NCBI GenBank assembly: GCA_043228905.1
Contig: JBHGNT010000020.1
Coordinates: 15,860,122-15,924,121, forward strand
Direction: 5' to 3'
DNA length: 64,000 nucleotides
Origin: Azolla caroliniana
Lineage: Eukaryota; Plantae; Polypodiophyta
A program made the position numbers and the translations under genes. Position 1 is the first letter of the stretch. Each line of letters opens with the position of its first letter. Below, piece after piece: positions 38,201-48,086 of this stretch. The notes under the pieces are model-generated. The model worked only from the letters and a program-made list of their open reading frames with translations. It was not told where the DNA came from and made no database searches.

Positions 38201-41200
38201 GCCAGGTATGAACATTTTAATTTACTCACGGGCTCTTCTCAAGTCCCTCCTCAAATTGGCTAATTCCTTCATGTCTCTCGACCTGAGTTTCAAAATCTTG
38301 ATTTTTTAATTCCATAAGATAGTTAGGGTTGTGAGCTTCGATTTGCATGTTTGATCACAAAAATCCATTATCACACGAGCCAGGTATGAACATTTTAATT
38401 TACTCACGGGCTCTTTTCAACTCCCTCCTCAAATTTGCTAATTTCTTCATGTCTCTTGACCTGAGTTTGAAAATCTTGATTTTTTAATTCCATGTCATAG
38501 CTAGGGTTGTGAGCTTCCATTCGCATGTTTGAACACAAAAATCCGATATCACACGAGCCAGGTATGACCATTTTAATTTACTCACGGGCTCTTGTCAACT
38601 CCCTCCTCAAATTTGCTAATTTCTTCATGTCTCTCGACCCGAGTTTCAAAATCTTGACTTTTTAATTCCATAAGATAGCTAGCGTTGTTAGCTTCGATTC
38701 ACATCTTTGAACACATCTTCGAGCCAGGTATGAACATTTTAATTTACTCACGGGCTGTTTTCAACTCCCTCCTCAAATTTGCTAATTTCTTCATGTCTCT
38801 TGACCTGAGTTTCAAAATCTTGATTTTTTAATTCCATGTCATAGCTAGGGTTGTGAGCTTCGATTCGCATGTTTGAACACAAAAATCCGATATCACACGA
38901 GCCAGGTATGACCATTTTAATTTACTCACGGGCTCTTCTCAAGTCCCTCCTCAAATTGGCTAATTCCTTCATGTCTCTCGACCTGAGTTTCCAAATCTTG
39001 ATTTTTAAATTCAATAAGATAGCTAGCTTTGTTATCTTCGATTTGCATGTTTGATCACAAAAATCCATTATCACACGAGCCAGGTATGAACATTTTAATT
39101 TCGTCACGGGCTCTTCTCAAGTCCCTCCTCAAATTTGCTAATTTCTTCATGTCTCTCGACCTGAGTTTCAAAATCTTGATTTTTTAATTCCATACGATAG
39201 CTAGCGTTGTTAGCTTCGATTCGCATCTTTGAACACAAAAATCCGATATCACACAAGCCAGGTATGACCATTTTAATTTACTCACAGGCTCTTCTCCAGT
39301 CCCTTCTCAAATTGGCTAATTCCTTCATGTCTCTCGACCTGAGTTTCAAAATCTTGACTTTTTAATTCCATAAGATAGCTAGCTTTGTTAGCTTCGATTT
39401 GCATGTTTGATCACAAAAATCCATTATCAAACGAGCCAGGTATGAAAATTTTAATTTCGTCACGGGCTCTTCTCAACTCCCTCCTCAAATTTACTAGTTT
39501 CTTCATGTCTCTCGACCTGATTTTCAAAATCTTGATTTTTTAATTCCATAAGATAGCTAGCGTTGTTAGCTTCGATTCGCATCTTTGAACACAAAAATCC
39601 GATATCACACGAGCCAGGTATGAACATTTTAATTTACTCACGGGCTCTTCTCAAGTCCCTCCTCAAATTGGCTAATTCCTTCATGTCTCTCGACCTGAGT
39701 TTCAAAATCTTGATTTTTTAATTCCATAAGATAGTTAGGGTTGTGAGCTTCGATTTGCATGTTTGATCACAAAAATCCATTATCACACGAGCCAGGTATA
39801 AACATTTTAATTTACTCACGGGCTCTTTTCAACTCCCTCCTCAAATTTACTAATTTCTTCATGTCTCTCGACCTGATTTTCAAAATCTTGATTTTTTAAT
39901 TCCATAAGATAGCTAGCGTTGTTAGCTTCGATTCGCATCTTTGAACACAAAAATCCGATATCACACGAGCCAGGTATGAACATTTTAATTTACTCACGGG
40001 CTCTTCTCAAGTCCCTCCTCAAATTGGCTAATTCCTTCATGTCTCTCGACCTGAGTTTCAAAATCTTGATTTTTTAATTCCATAAGATAGTTAGGGTTGT
40101 GAGCTTCGATTTGCATGTTTGATCACAAAAATCCATTATCACACGAGCCAGGTATGAACATTTTAATTTACTCACGGGCTCTTTTCAACTCCCTCCTCAA
40201 ATTTGCTAATTTCTTCATGTCTCTTGACCTGAGTTTCAAAATCTTGATTTTTTAATTCCATGTCATAGCTAGGGTTGTGAGCTTCGATTCGCATGTTTGA
40301 ACACAAAAATCCGATATCACACGAGCCAGGTATGACCATTTTAATTTACTCACGGGCTCTTCTCAAGTCCCTCCTCAAATTGGCTAATTCCTTCATGTCT
40401 CTCGACCTGAGTTTCCAAATCTTGATTTTTAAATTCAATAAGATAGCTAGCTTTGTTAGCTTCGATTTGCATGTTTGATCACAAAAATCCATTATCACAC
40501 GAGCCAGGTATGAACATTTTAATTTCGTCACGGGCTCTTCTCAAGTCCCTCCTCAAATTTGCTAATTTCTTCATGTCTCTCGACCTGAGTTTCAAAATCT
40601 TGATTTTTTAATTCCATACGATAGCTAGCGTTGTTAGCTTCGATTCGCATCTTTGAACACAAAAATCCGATATCACACGAGCCAGGTATGACCATTTTAA
40701 TTTACTCACGGGCTCTTCTCAAGTCCCTCCTCAAATTGGCTAATTCTTTCATGTCTCTCGACCTGAGTTTCAAAATCTTGATTTTTTAATTCCATAGGAT
40801 AGCTAGGGTTGTGAGCTTCGATTTGCATGTTTGATCACAAAAATCCATTATCACACGAGCCAGGTATGACCATTTTAATTTACTCACGGGCTCTTGTCAA
40901 CTCCTTCCTCAAATTTGCTAATTTCTTCATGTCTCTTGACTTGAGTTTCAAAGTCTTGATTTCTTAATTCCATGTCATAGCTACGGTTGTGAGCTTCGAT
41001 TCGCATGTTTGAACACAAAAATCCGATATCACACGAGCCAGGTATGACCACTTTAATTTACTCAGAGGCTCTTCTCAAGTCCCTCCTCAAATTGGCTAAT
41101 TCCTTCATGTCTCTCGACCTGAGTTTCAAAATCTTGATTTTTTAATTCCATAAGATAGCTAGGGTTGTGAGCTTCGATTTGCATGTTTGATCACAAAATT

Positions 41201-42499
41201 CCATTATCACACGAGCCAGGTATGAATATTTTAATTTACTCATGGGCTCTTTTCAACTCCCTCCTCAAATTTGCTAATTTCTTCATGTCTCTTGACCTGA
41301 GTTTCAAAATCTTGATTTTTTAATTTCATGTCATAGCTAGGGTTGTGAGCTTCGATTCGCATGTTTGAACACAAAAATCCGATATCACACGAGCCAGGTA
41401 TGACCATTTTAATTTACTCACGGGCTCTTGTCAACGCCCTCCTCAAATTTGCTAATTTCTTCATGTCTCTCGACCTGAGTTTCCAAATCTTGATTTTTAA
41501 ATTCAATAAGATAGCTAGCTTTGTTAGCTTCGATTTGCATGTTTGATTACAAAAATCCATTATCACACGAGCCAGGTATGAACATTTTAATTTCGTCACG
41601 GGCTCTTCTCAAGTCCCTCCTCAAATTTGCTAATTTCTTCATGTCTCTCGACCTGAGTTTCAAAATCTTGATTTTTTAATTCCATACGATAGCTAGCGTT
41701 GTTAGCTTCGATTCGCATCTTTGAACACAAAAATCCGATATCACACGAGCCAGGTATGACCATTTTAATTTACTCACGGGCTCTTCTCAAGTCCCTCCTC
41801 AAATTGGCTAATTCCTTCATGTCTCTCGACCTGAGTTTCAAGATCTTGATTTTTTAATTCCATAGGATAGCTAGGGTTGTGAGCTTCAATTTGCATGTTT
41901 GATCACAAAAATCCATTATCACACGAGCCAGGTATGACCATTTTAATTTACTCACGGGCTCTTGTCAACTCCCTCCTCAAATTTGCTAATTTCTTCATGT
42001 CTCTTGACTTGAGTTTCAAAGTCTTGATTTCTTAATTCCATGTCATAGCTACGGTTGTGAGCTTCGATTCGCATGTTTGAACACAAAAATCCGATATCAC
42101 ACGAGCCAGGTATGACCACTTTAATTTACTCAGAGGCTCTTCTCAAGTCCCTCCTCAAATTGGCTAATTCCTTCATGTCTCTCGACCTGAGTTTCAAAAT
42201 CTTGATTTTTTAATTCCATAAGATAGCTAGGGTTGTGAGCTTCGATTTGCATGTTTGATCACAAAAATCCATTATCACACGAGCCAGGTATGAACATTTT
42301 AATTTACTCACGGGATCTTTTCAACTCCCTCCTCAAATTTGCTAATTTCTTCATGTCTCTTGACCTGAGTTTCAAAATCTTGATTTTTTAATTCCATGTC
42401 ATAGCTAGGGTTGTGAGCTTCGATTCGCATGTTTGAACACAAAAATCCGATATCACACGAGCCAGGTATGACCATTTTAATTTACTCACGGGCTCTTGT
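8262..42499. repeat. 178-bp satellite array, block 2 (~190 monomers) with local higher-order repeats
   Basis: Continuous 178-bp periodicity in the same orientation; occasional monomers shortened by 12, 13 or 22 bp. Confidence 0.98.
10390..13190. repeat. Tandem 8-monomer higher-order repeat (1402 bp = 8x178-22), two copies; boundaries approximate
   Basis: ORFs 11270/12672, 11400/12802 and 11601/13003 are all offset by 1402; rare variants (cacatgagcc, 22-bp deletion) recur at the same offset. Confidence 0.88.
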
Positions 42500-42632
42500 T
42501 GTCAGGAACTCTATTAAGGCAGAGAAGGAATTAGTACTAAAAGAAGGATTAGTACTATTGTTGGGGAATAGTACTAAGACAGAGAAGGATTAGTACTATG
42601 AGAGGTGTCGAACTTTGAGAGAAGGAATGAGT

Positions 42633-42668
<36 letters not shown>

Positions 42669-42958
42669 TGATGCGAAAGATATATGTATTATATGACGGA
42701 AGATATACAACAGTAGTTAGAAGGCTTAAGACTGGCGTTGAACCGATTTGGTTCGAACTAATGCCTTGCGCCTCCTTTTATAGTGTCTTCAGGAATACTC
42801 CTGAAGTTTCTAGAATGTTCCAGAGAAATCTGGAATATACATCAATTTCCTAATCAAATTTAAATGAAAATAATATCCTTCAAATTACAACTCATAACCT
42901 AATGGTAAAGTCTCGACCCGTGTAACAAAAGGTTATGGGTTCGAGTCTAGTTATGACA
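42500..42958 (-). repeat. 3' LTR of element 2 (459 bp)
   Basis: tgtcagg...tatgaca; contains TATA (42776-42782), self-primer (42738-42749) and (GA)14. Confidence 0.96.
42888..42958 (+). promoter_or_regulatory. tRNA-like Pol III promoter module in the element 2 3' LTR
   Basis: A-box-like TAACCTAATGG 42895-42905; B box GGTTCGAGTC 42938-42947; T8-T54 = 45 nt. Confidence 0.62.
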
Positions 42959-45900
42959 CTATCCCCCCTTTAAAACGACGAGTTTCACGAGTCGTTTTGG
43001 ATTGAGGACCCGGTTTCTCGGGATATCGTCGATGGAAGTCTTCTAGAAGAGCACGAGCATTGGTCATATTCTCGATCGGTTCCCAAGTACGCTCGCTGGG
43101 ACTATATCCTAGCCAATCGACTAGATAGTAGAGCTTGTTGCGAACAATCTTGGAATCGAGGATGGCAGCGACCTCATACTCAGGTCCATCTTCGAGCTCG
43201 ATAGGAGGTGGAGGTTGTATAGTACGTCCTGGGATAGTGCTCTCGTGATAGGGTTCGAGGAGAGAACTATGAAACACCGGGTGTATCCGAAGTTGCGGAG
43301 GTAGCTCGAGACGAAAAGCGACATCATTAATCTTCCCGATAATACGGAAAGGACCTAATCGTCGATAATCCAACTTCTCACATGGGCGAGTAGTCTTGAT
43401 GTGTCGTCGTAGCAGCCACACCCGATCTCCAATGTTAAAACTGGATGGAAGTCGATGACGATCTGCGTAGTCCTTGTGTGATTGTTGAGCTTGCTGGAGT
43501 TGAGTAGATAAATCCGCTTGTATCTTGCGTAACCGCTCCAAACGATCCTCCGCGCAAGGATTTGTGGACACTTCTGGGGTTTCAAGGACACACCACCGGG
43601 GATGATATCCCGTATAAGCGTAGAATGGCGTGACTTTAGTCGATGCGTGGATAGCGTTATTATAGGCAAATTCGGCGAACTGAAGAATATCTGCCCAGTC
43701 ATTCTGATGATAATTGAGAAAGCACCGCAGATACTGCTCCAGTGTTTGATTTGTTCGTTCGGCTTGACCGTCGGTTTGTGGGTGGTAGCCGGAGGAGAGG
43801 TTACAAGTGACCTTCAGCATTTTAAAAAGGTGCTTCCAGAATTTTGACACAAACTGGGGTCCACGATCGCTGATGATATTATCAGGGAGTCCATGATGCC
43901 GACATACTTCCCGCATGACAATTTCGGCGGTGTCTTCACTAGATATTTCTTTAGTACATGGTAAGAAATGAGCCATCTTCGTATATCGATCCACCACTGT
44001 GAGAATCGCACTGAATCCCTTAGAGACTGGAAGATCTGTAATGAAGTCAAGAGCAATGGATTGCCATGGCTTGCTTGGAATTGGTAATGGTTCTAATAAA
44101 CCATATGGATGATGTCTTGGCATTTTCGCTCTGCAGCATGTATCGCAAGTCCGAACAAAATCTTCGACAAATTGTCGCATACGGGGCCACCAGAATGATC
44201 GTTGTACTAAATCTAATGTTTTAGTACTACCAAAATGTCCTGCTGTATATGTGTCATGGCAGTTTTGTACTACTCGAAGGCGGCAAGAACCATTAGGAAC
44301 ATACAAAAGTTCTTTAAAGAAGAGTAATCCATCACAGTATTTGAATTGCCGATAATCCGTACCTGGTGATTGTGATTGTGAACATGACGCTCGAGAGGGG
44401 TCAATTTGTGCTAGTATAGCTTGGGCGAAAGCGTCAGTCTTCAAGTCCTCACGTATAGTATTGGTAATGTCGGAATCCACGGGCATGTCAAAGATCTGTG
44501 CTGCTTGCAGTCGTGCTGGACCCAAGATTACTTGCTTCTGGTTATCGAAAGCTGGCTCACCGGGACGTGGTGTTAGATACGAACGCCGTGATAATGCATC
44601 TGCCTTCCCTTGGTGCTTCCCCGGACGATATGTAATTTTGAAGTCGAAGCGTGTGAGGAAGTGGGCCCACCGAGCTTGACGTCGATTCAGTACACGAGCA
44701 TCTTGAAAGTAGGCAAGGTTCTTGTGGTCACTGAATACAGTGACCTGATGAGGAGATCCCTCCAGGAAATGCCTCCATTGCATAAAAGAATCAACTATTG
44801 CTAATAGCTCTTTATCATGAATTTCGTAGTTGATTTCGGCGGTGTCAAACTTACGGGAGTGGAAAGCCACAGGATGTAGCTTCTCGTCGTTACCCTGTTG
44901 TGACAGAATGCTCCCCAATGCGAAATCCGATGCATCAGCTTCGATAATGAATGGTTTTTCCGGATCCACATGACCTAAAATTGGAGCTGATGTAAACGCC
45001 TTCTTAAGACTCTCGAAAGCCATGTCCGTCTCTTTAGACCAAATGAATGATTGTCCCTTCCTGGTGAGCTGTGTGAGAGGCAGCACAATTTTTGAGTAAT
45101 TTTGTATGAACTTCCGGTAGAAATTTGCAAAGCCTAGGAAGCATTGCACATCCCGCACCGAACGCGGAGTGTGCCATTCTATCACCGTTTTGACCTTGGC
45201 TGGGTCCATAGATATGCCTTCTGAGGAGATGACATAGCCGAGAAACTCCACTTGGTTGCACCCGAAACTACATTTCTCTAACTTTGCATACAGACCATGT
45301 TCTCGAAGTCGTTTTAGTACTAATAGTACATGAGAATCATGTTCTTCTTGGGTCTTTGAATAAACCAGTAGATCATCCAAATAGATGATCAAAAAATCAT
45401 CCAAGAGATCTCGAAATATATCATTCGCCATGTGCTGGAAGACTGCCGGCGCATTAGTGAGTCCGAACGGCATGACCGTATACTCGAAGTGCCCATATCT
45501 GGTGCGAAACGCGGTCTTCCATTCATCTCCTGGTCGGATCCGTACGAGGTTATAGGCTCCTCGTAAGTCGATCTTCGTGAAGAACCTGGCACCGTTGATC
45601 CGTTCTAAAAGACTTGAGATAAGGGGAAGAGCATACCTATTTCTTACTGTGACCTTATTCAAGCCACGGTAATCTACAACGAGTCGAAGCGAGCCATCTT
45701 TTTTCTTGACGAAGAAAATGGGTGCGCCGGCTGGAGATTTCGAATGCCGAATGAAACCGTTCTCCAAATTCTCCTCTATATAGGCTCGAAGGACTTCTAG
45801 CTCGGTTGGTGACAAATTGTAGATCGGCCCCCATGGCGGCTCTTTTCCCGGTTGTAAGTCGATGGCGCAGTCGTACGGCCGATGATGAGGAAGTGTGTTG

Positions 45901-46508
45901 GCTTGTACTTTATCGAACACATCAGCATACTGACGATACTTCTCGGGAAGTTGAACGGTGGACTCCTCTTTGGTGGTGCTGGAGGGTTGTACTGATATTG
46001 CAAAGAGAAACATTTCCTCCTTGCGCCCTTCCTCACGCAACTGACGTAGCGAAATGGTTGCAACCTTCTGGATAGATCCTTGGGTTTGTCGCAACCGGAT
46101 TTCCCTTGTCCTCCAATCTATGTCTGGGTCATGTAACTCGAACCATGGTAATCCTAAATCTATGGGATGTTCTGGAATACTAATAATATTAAATGATACT
46201 ACACATGTTAAGTTATCTAGGACAATATTAACGGGTTCCGACTCTTCTATGATATTACCAGAAGCAATGGGACGACCATCAATGACTACTACTGAGGCTG
46301 GACATGGGAGCTTTCTGAGAGATATCTGATGAGCTCGGGCAAAATTCCTATCCATGAAGCAAGAATTAGCTCCGGAATCTAGAAGGGCTAAGGTATGTAC
46401 TGGAGGGGTACTTTTAGTACTAACTGCTACTTGGACTACGAACACATCACTAACTTGCTTAGAGGGAATGGAACCACTAATGGGCTGCACAGATCTAGGG
46501 CTGTCCAA
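42951..46508 (-). CDS. pol: Pol polyprotein (PR-RT-RH-IN-chromodomain), uninterrupted; TTG 'start', probably expressed by -1 frameshift
   Basis: Same motifs and length (1185 aa) as element 1 Pol. Confidence 0.97.
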   Translation of the reverse strand: MDSPRSVQPISGSIPSKQVSDVFVVQVAVSTKSTPPVHTLALLDSGANSCFMDRNFARAHQISLRKLPCPASVVVIDGRPIASGNIIEESEPVNIVLDNLTCVVSFNIISIPEHPIDLGLPWFELHDPDIDWRTREIRLRQTQGSIQKVATISLRQLREEGRKEEMFLFAISVQPSSTTKEESTVQLPEKYRQYADVFDKVQANTLPHHRPYDCAIDLQPGKEPPWGPIYNLSPTELEVLRAYIEENLENGFIRHSKSPAGAPIFFVKKKDGSLRLVVDYRGLNKVTVRNRYALPLISSLLERINGARFFTKIDLRGAYNLVRIRPGDEWKTAFRTRYGHFEYTVMPFGLTNAPAVFQHMANDIFRDLLDDFLIIYLDDLLVYSKTQEEHDSHVLLVLKRLREHGLYAKLEKCSFGCNQVEFLGYVISSEGISMDPAKVKTVIEWHTPRSVRDVQCFLGFANFYRKFIQNYSKIVLPLTQLTRKGQSFIWSKETDMAFESLKKAFTSAPILGHVDPEKPFIIEADASDFALGSILSQQGNDEKLHPVAFHSRKFDTAEINYEIHDKELLAIVDSFMQWRHFLEGSPHQVTVFSDHKNLAYFQDARVLNRRQARWAHFLTRFDFKITYRPGKHQGKADALSRRSYLTPRPGEPAFDNQKQVILGPARLQAAQIFDMPVDSDITNTIREDLKTDAFAQAILAQIDPSRASCSQSQSPGTDYRQFKYCDGLLFFKELLYVPNGSCRLRVVQNCHDTYTAGHFGSTKTLDLVQRSFWWPRMRQFVEDFVRTCDTCCRAKMPRHHPYGLLEPLPIPSKPWQSIALDFITDLPVSKGFSAILTVVDRYTKMAHFLPCTKEISSEDTAEIVMREVCRHHGLPDNIISDRGPQFVSKFWKHLFKMLKVTCNLSSGYHPQTDGQAERTNQTLEQYLRCFLNYHQNDWADILQFAEFAYNNAIHASTKVTPFYAYTGYHPRWCVLETPEVSTNPCAEDRLERLRKIQADLSTQLQQAQQSHKDYADRHRLPSSFNIGDRVWLLRRHIKTTRPCEKLDYRRLGPFRIIGKINDVAFRLELPPQLRIHPVFHSSLLEPYHESTIPGRTIQPPPPIELEDGPEYEVAAILDSKIVRNKLYYLVDWLGYSPSERTWEPIENMTNARALLEDFHRRYPEKPGPQSKTTRETRRFKGGIVS
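42959..42971 (-). other. Polypurine tract of element 2
   Basis: Minus AAAGGGGGGATAG abutting the 3' LTR, identical to element 1. Confidence 0.92.
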
Positions 46509-46547
46509 CCAAACGGCTCCTATTTTGGCTGGACTTAGTCGTTTAAC
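46503..46547 (-). promoter_or_regulatory. Putative -1 frameshift signal, element 2
   Basis: GUUAAAC (46541-46547) plus an 11-bp stem-loop (46503-46534), identical in sequence to element 1. Confidence 0.8.
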
Positions 46548-47704
46548 TCTTCTTCTAATTGGCTAAGGACATCAAATTTGTTTGCGAGATTCGGACTATT
46601 AGTACTATTAGGACTATTATGACTATGAGGATTATCAGAGATTCCTACTGAAATAGACTCGGGTTTAGTATAGTCAGAACTAACAATGACTTGGTTTACC
46701 TGCCTTCTTGGTCTATGGGGACAGTTTATCGCGATATGCCCTGGTCCACCGCAATAAAGGCATAATCGGTTTGTTCGGCGTCGTTGCTTTTCCTCCTCCG
46801 ATAGCGGCCCACGACGACGTGTAGTGTCAATTTCCATTGGAGTTGGAGTACTTACTGGAGGCGCATTATGTGACTCCCTTTGAAAAGGTTTCGCTACCAC
46901 TGAGGCATAGGTAGGCTCGGATCTTGCCCTCGGCATCTGAAATTGTCGTTCCGAACGTCGCTCGAAGAGGCGGTTGTCACATCTGACCGCTCGACTGATT
47001 GCTTCTGTTAATGATTTTGGCTCTTCAGGGAAAGTCAAGAGTAAATCCTTGACATCGTTGCGTAGACCATAGCGGAACTGCTCCATCAATGCTTGATCAT
47101 CCCAGGGGATATCGGCGGCGAGTAGGCGGAAATCTGCAGCATATGCGGAGGCTGGACGGTCACCTTGGCGTAATCGCCGGATTTTGTTGATTGCAGTCCT
47201 TATGCTGTCAGTATCTCCAAAACATGCTTTAAACTCACTTATGAATTCTTCAAAATTATTTAGTACTGGAGATTCCTTTTCTAGTAGCGGAGCGAACCAT
47301 GCTAATGCTGAGCCATTTAACAACGTGCCTACTAAACCCACTCGTGATGCATCGGTGGGATATCGGGACGGATGCATTTGAATAACTAACCGTACCTGGT
47401 TAAGAAACCCTCTAAACTGCGATCGCGTTCCATCGAACTTCGTGGGAAGGCCAATCTTGGGTTCTTTATGAATCCCTTGTGCTCCGTGCCCTTGTTGTTG
47501 CATTGCTACGATGGTTGCTTCGAGTTGTTGCACGCGTAACGCAAGTTCCCCATGCTGTTGTTGCGTTTGCTGCTTTTCTAAGGAAATTTGCTGAAGATCC
47601 CCCAACAAGCGTTGATTTTCTTGTTCCAAAGCATGAAACTTCTCTTTCAAGCATTGAAATTCCGAGAAAACGGATTGATACTCTTCAGCGCTAACGGTGG
47701 CCAT
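46535..47704 (-). CDS. gag: Gag (N-terminal coiled coil, Ty3-type capsid, CCHC zinc knuckle), 389 aa
   Basis: ATG start; Q/E/L-rich heptad N-terminus; P.KFDG.R capsid motif; LRQG..ASAYAADF major-homology-like region; PMEID motif; [14 protein letters not shown] knuckle. Confidence 0.95.
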   Translation of the reverse strand: MATVSAEEYQSVFSEFQCLKEKFHALEQENQRLLGDLQQISLEKQQTQQQHGELALRVQQLEATIVAMQQQGHGAQGIHKEPKIGLPTKFDGTRSQFRGFLNQVRLVIQMHPSRYPTDASRVGLVGTLLNGSALAWFAPLLEKESPVLNNFEEFISEFKACFGDTDSIRTAINKIRRLRQGDRPASAYAADFRLLAADIPWDDQALMEQFRYGLRNDVKDLLLTFPEEPKSLTEAISRAVRCDNRLFERRSERQFQMPRARSEPTYASVVAKPFQRESHNAPPVSTPTPMEIDTTRRRGPLSEEEKQRRRTNRLCLYCGGPGHIAINCPHRPRRQVNQVIVSSDYTKPESISVGISDNPHSHNSPNSTNSPNLANKFDVLSQLEEELND

Positions 47705-47778
47705 GGGATGAAGGAAAAGGGAAATAAGAGACTAGTAGGAAAGGAGAGAGACAGAAGGAAGAGGGAGACTAGTAGGCA

Positions 47779-47790
47779 AAATCGGTTCAA
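47779..47790 (-). other. Self-priming type PBS, element 2
   Basis: Minus TTGAACCGATTT, the exact complement of LTR AAATCGGTTCAA (seen in the 3' LTR at 42749-42738). Confidence 0.88.
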
Positions 47791-47792
47791 AC

Positions 47793-47925
47793 TGTCAGGA
47801 ACTCTATTAAGGCAGAGAAGGAATTAGTACTAAAAGAAGGATTAGTACTATTGTTGGGGAATAGTACTAAGACAGAGAAGGATTAGTACTATGAGAGGTG
47901 TCGAACTTTGAGAGAAGGAATGAGT

Positions 47926-47963
<38 letters not shown>

Positions 47964-48086
47964 TGTACATCAATTTCCTAATCAAACCTAAATGAAAATA
48001 ATATCCTTCAAATTACAACTCATAACCTAATGGTAAAGTCTCGACCCGTGTAACAAAAGGTTATGGGTTCGAGTCTAGTTATGACA
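47793..48086 (-). repeat. 5' LTR of element 2 (294 bp) with a 167-bp internal deletion
   Basis: Matches 42500-42958 except that the equivalent of 42671-42837 is missing (junction 47965/47966), with one extra GA unit and a tt/cc change; 459-167+2=294. Confidence 0.95.
48016..48086 (+). promoter_or_regulatory. tRNA-like Pol III promoter module retained in the deleted 5' LTR of element 2
   Basis: A-box-like 48023-48033; B box 48066-48075. Confidence 0.62.

Larger units (their letters stand above)
42500..48086 (-). mobile_element. Ty3/Gypsy chromovirus LTR retrotransposon, element 2 (same family, diverged subfamily); intact ORFs, internally deleted 5' LTR
   Basis: TG..CA LTRs; 5-bp TSD CTTGT at 42495-42499 and 48087-48091; PPT; 389-aa Gag and 1185-aa Pol. 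Confidence 0.97.

Noticed and set aside
8262-42499. CRISPR-like regular repeat
   Set aside because: There are no unique spacers because the whole unit is repeated, there are no cas genes, and the context is eukaryotic retroelements.
42635-42853. 72-aa ORF MRERERER.. in the LTR, and ORF 48020-48259 crossing the LTR/satellite junction
   Set aside because: These come from translation of the GA microsatellite and a chance read-through; neither is conserved in element 1.
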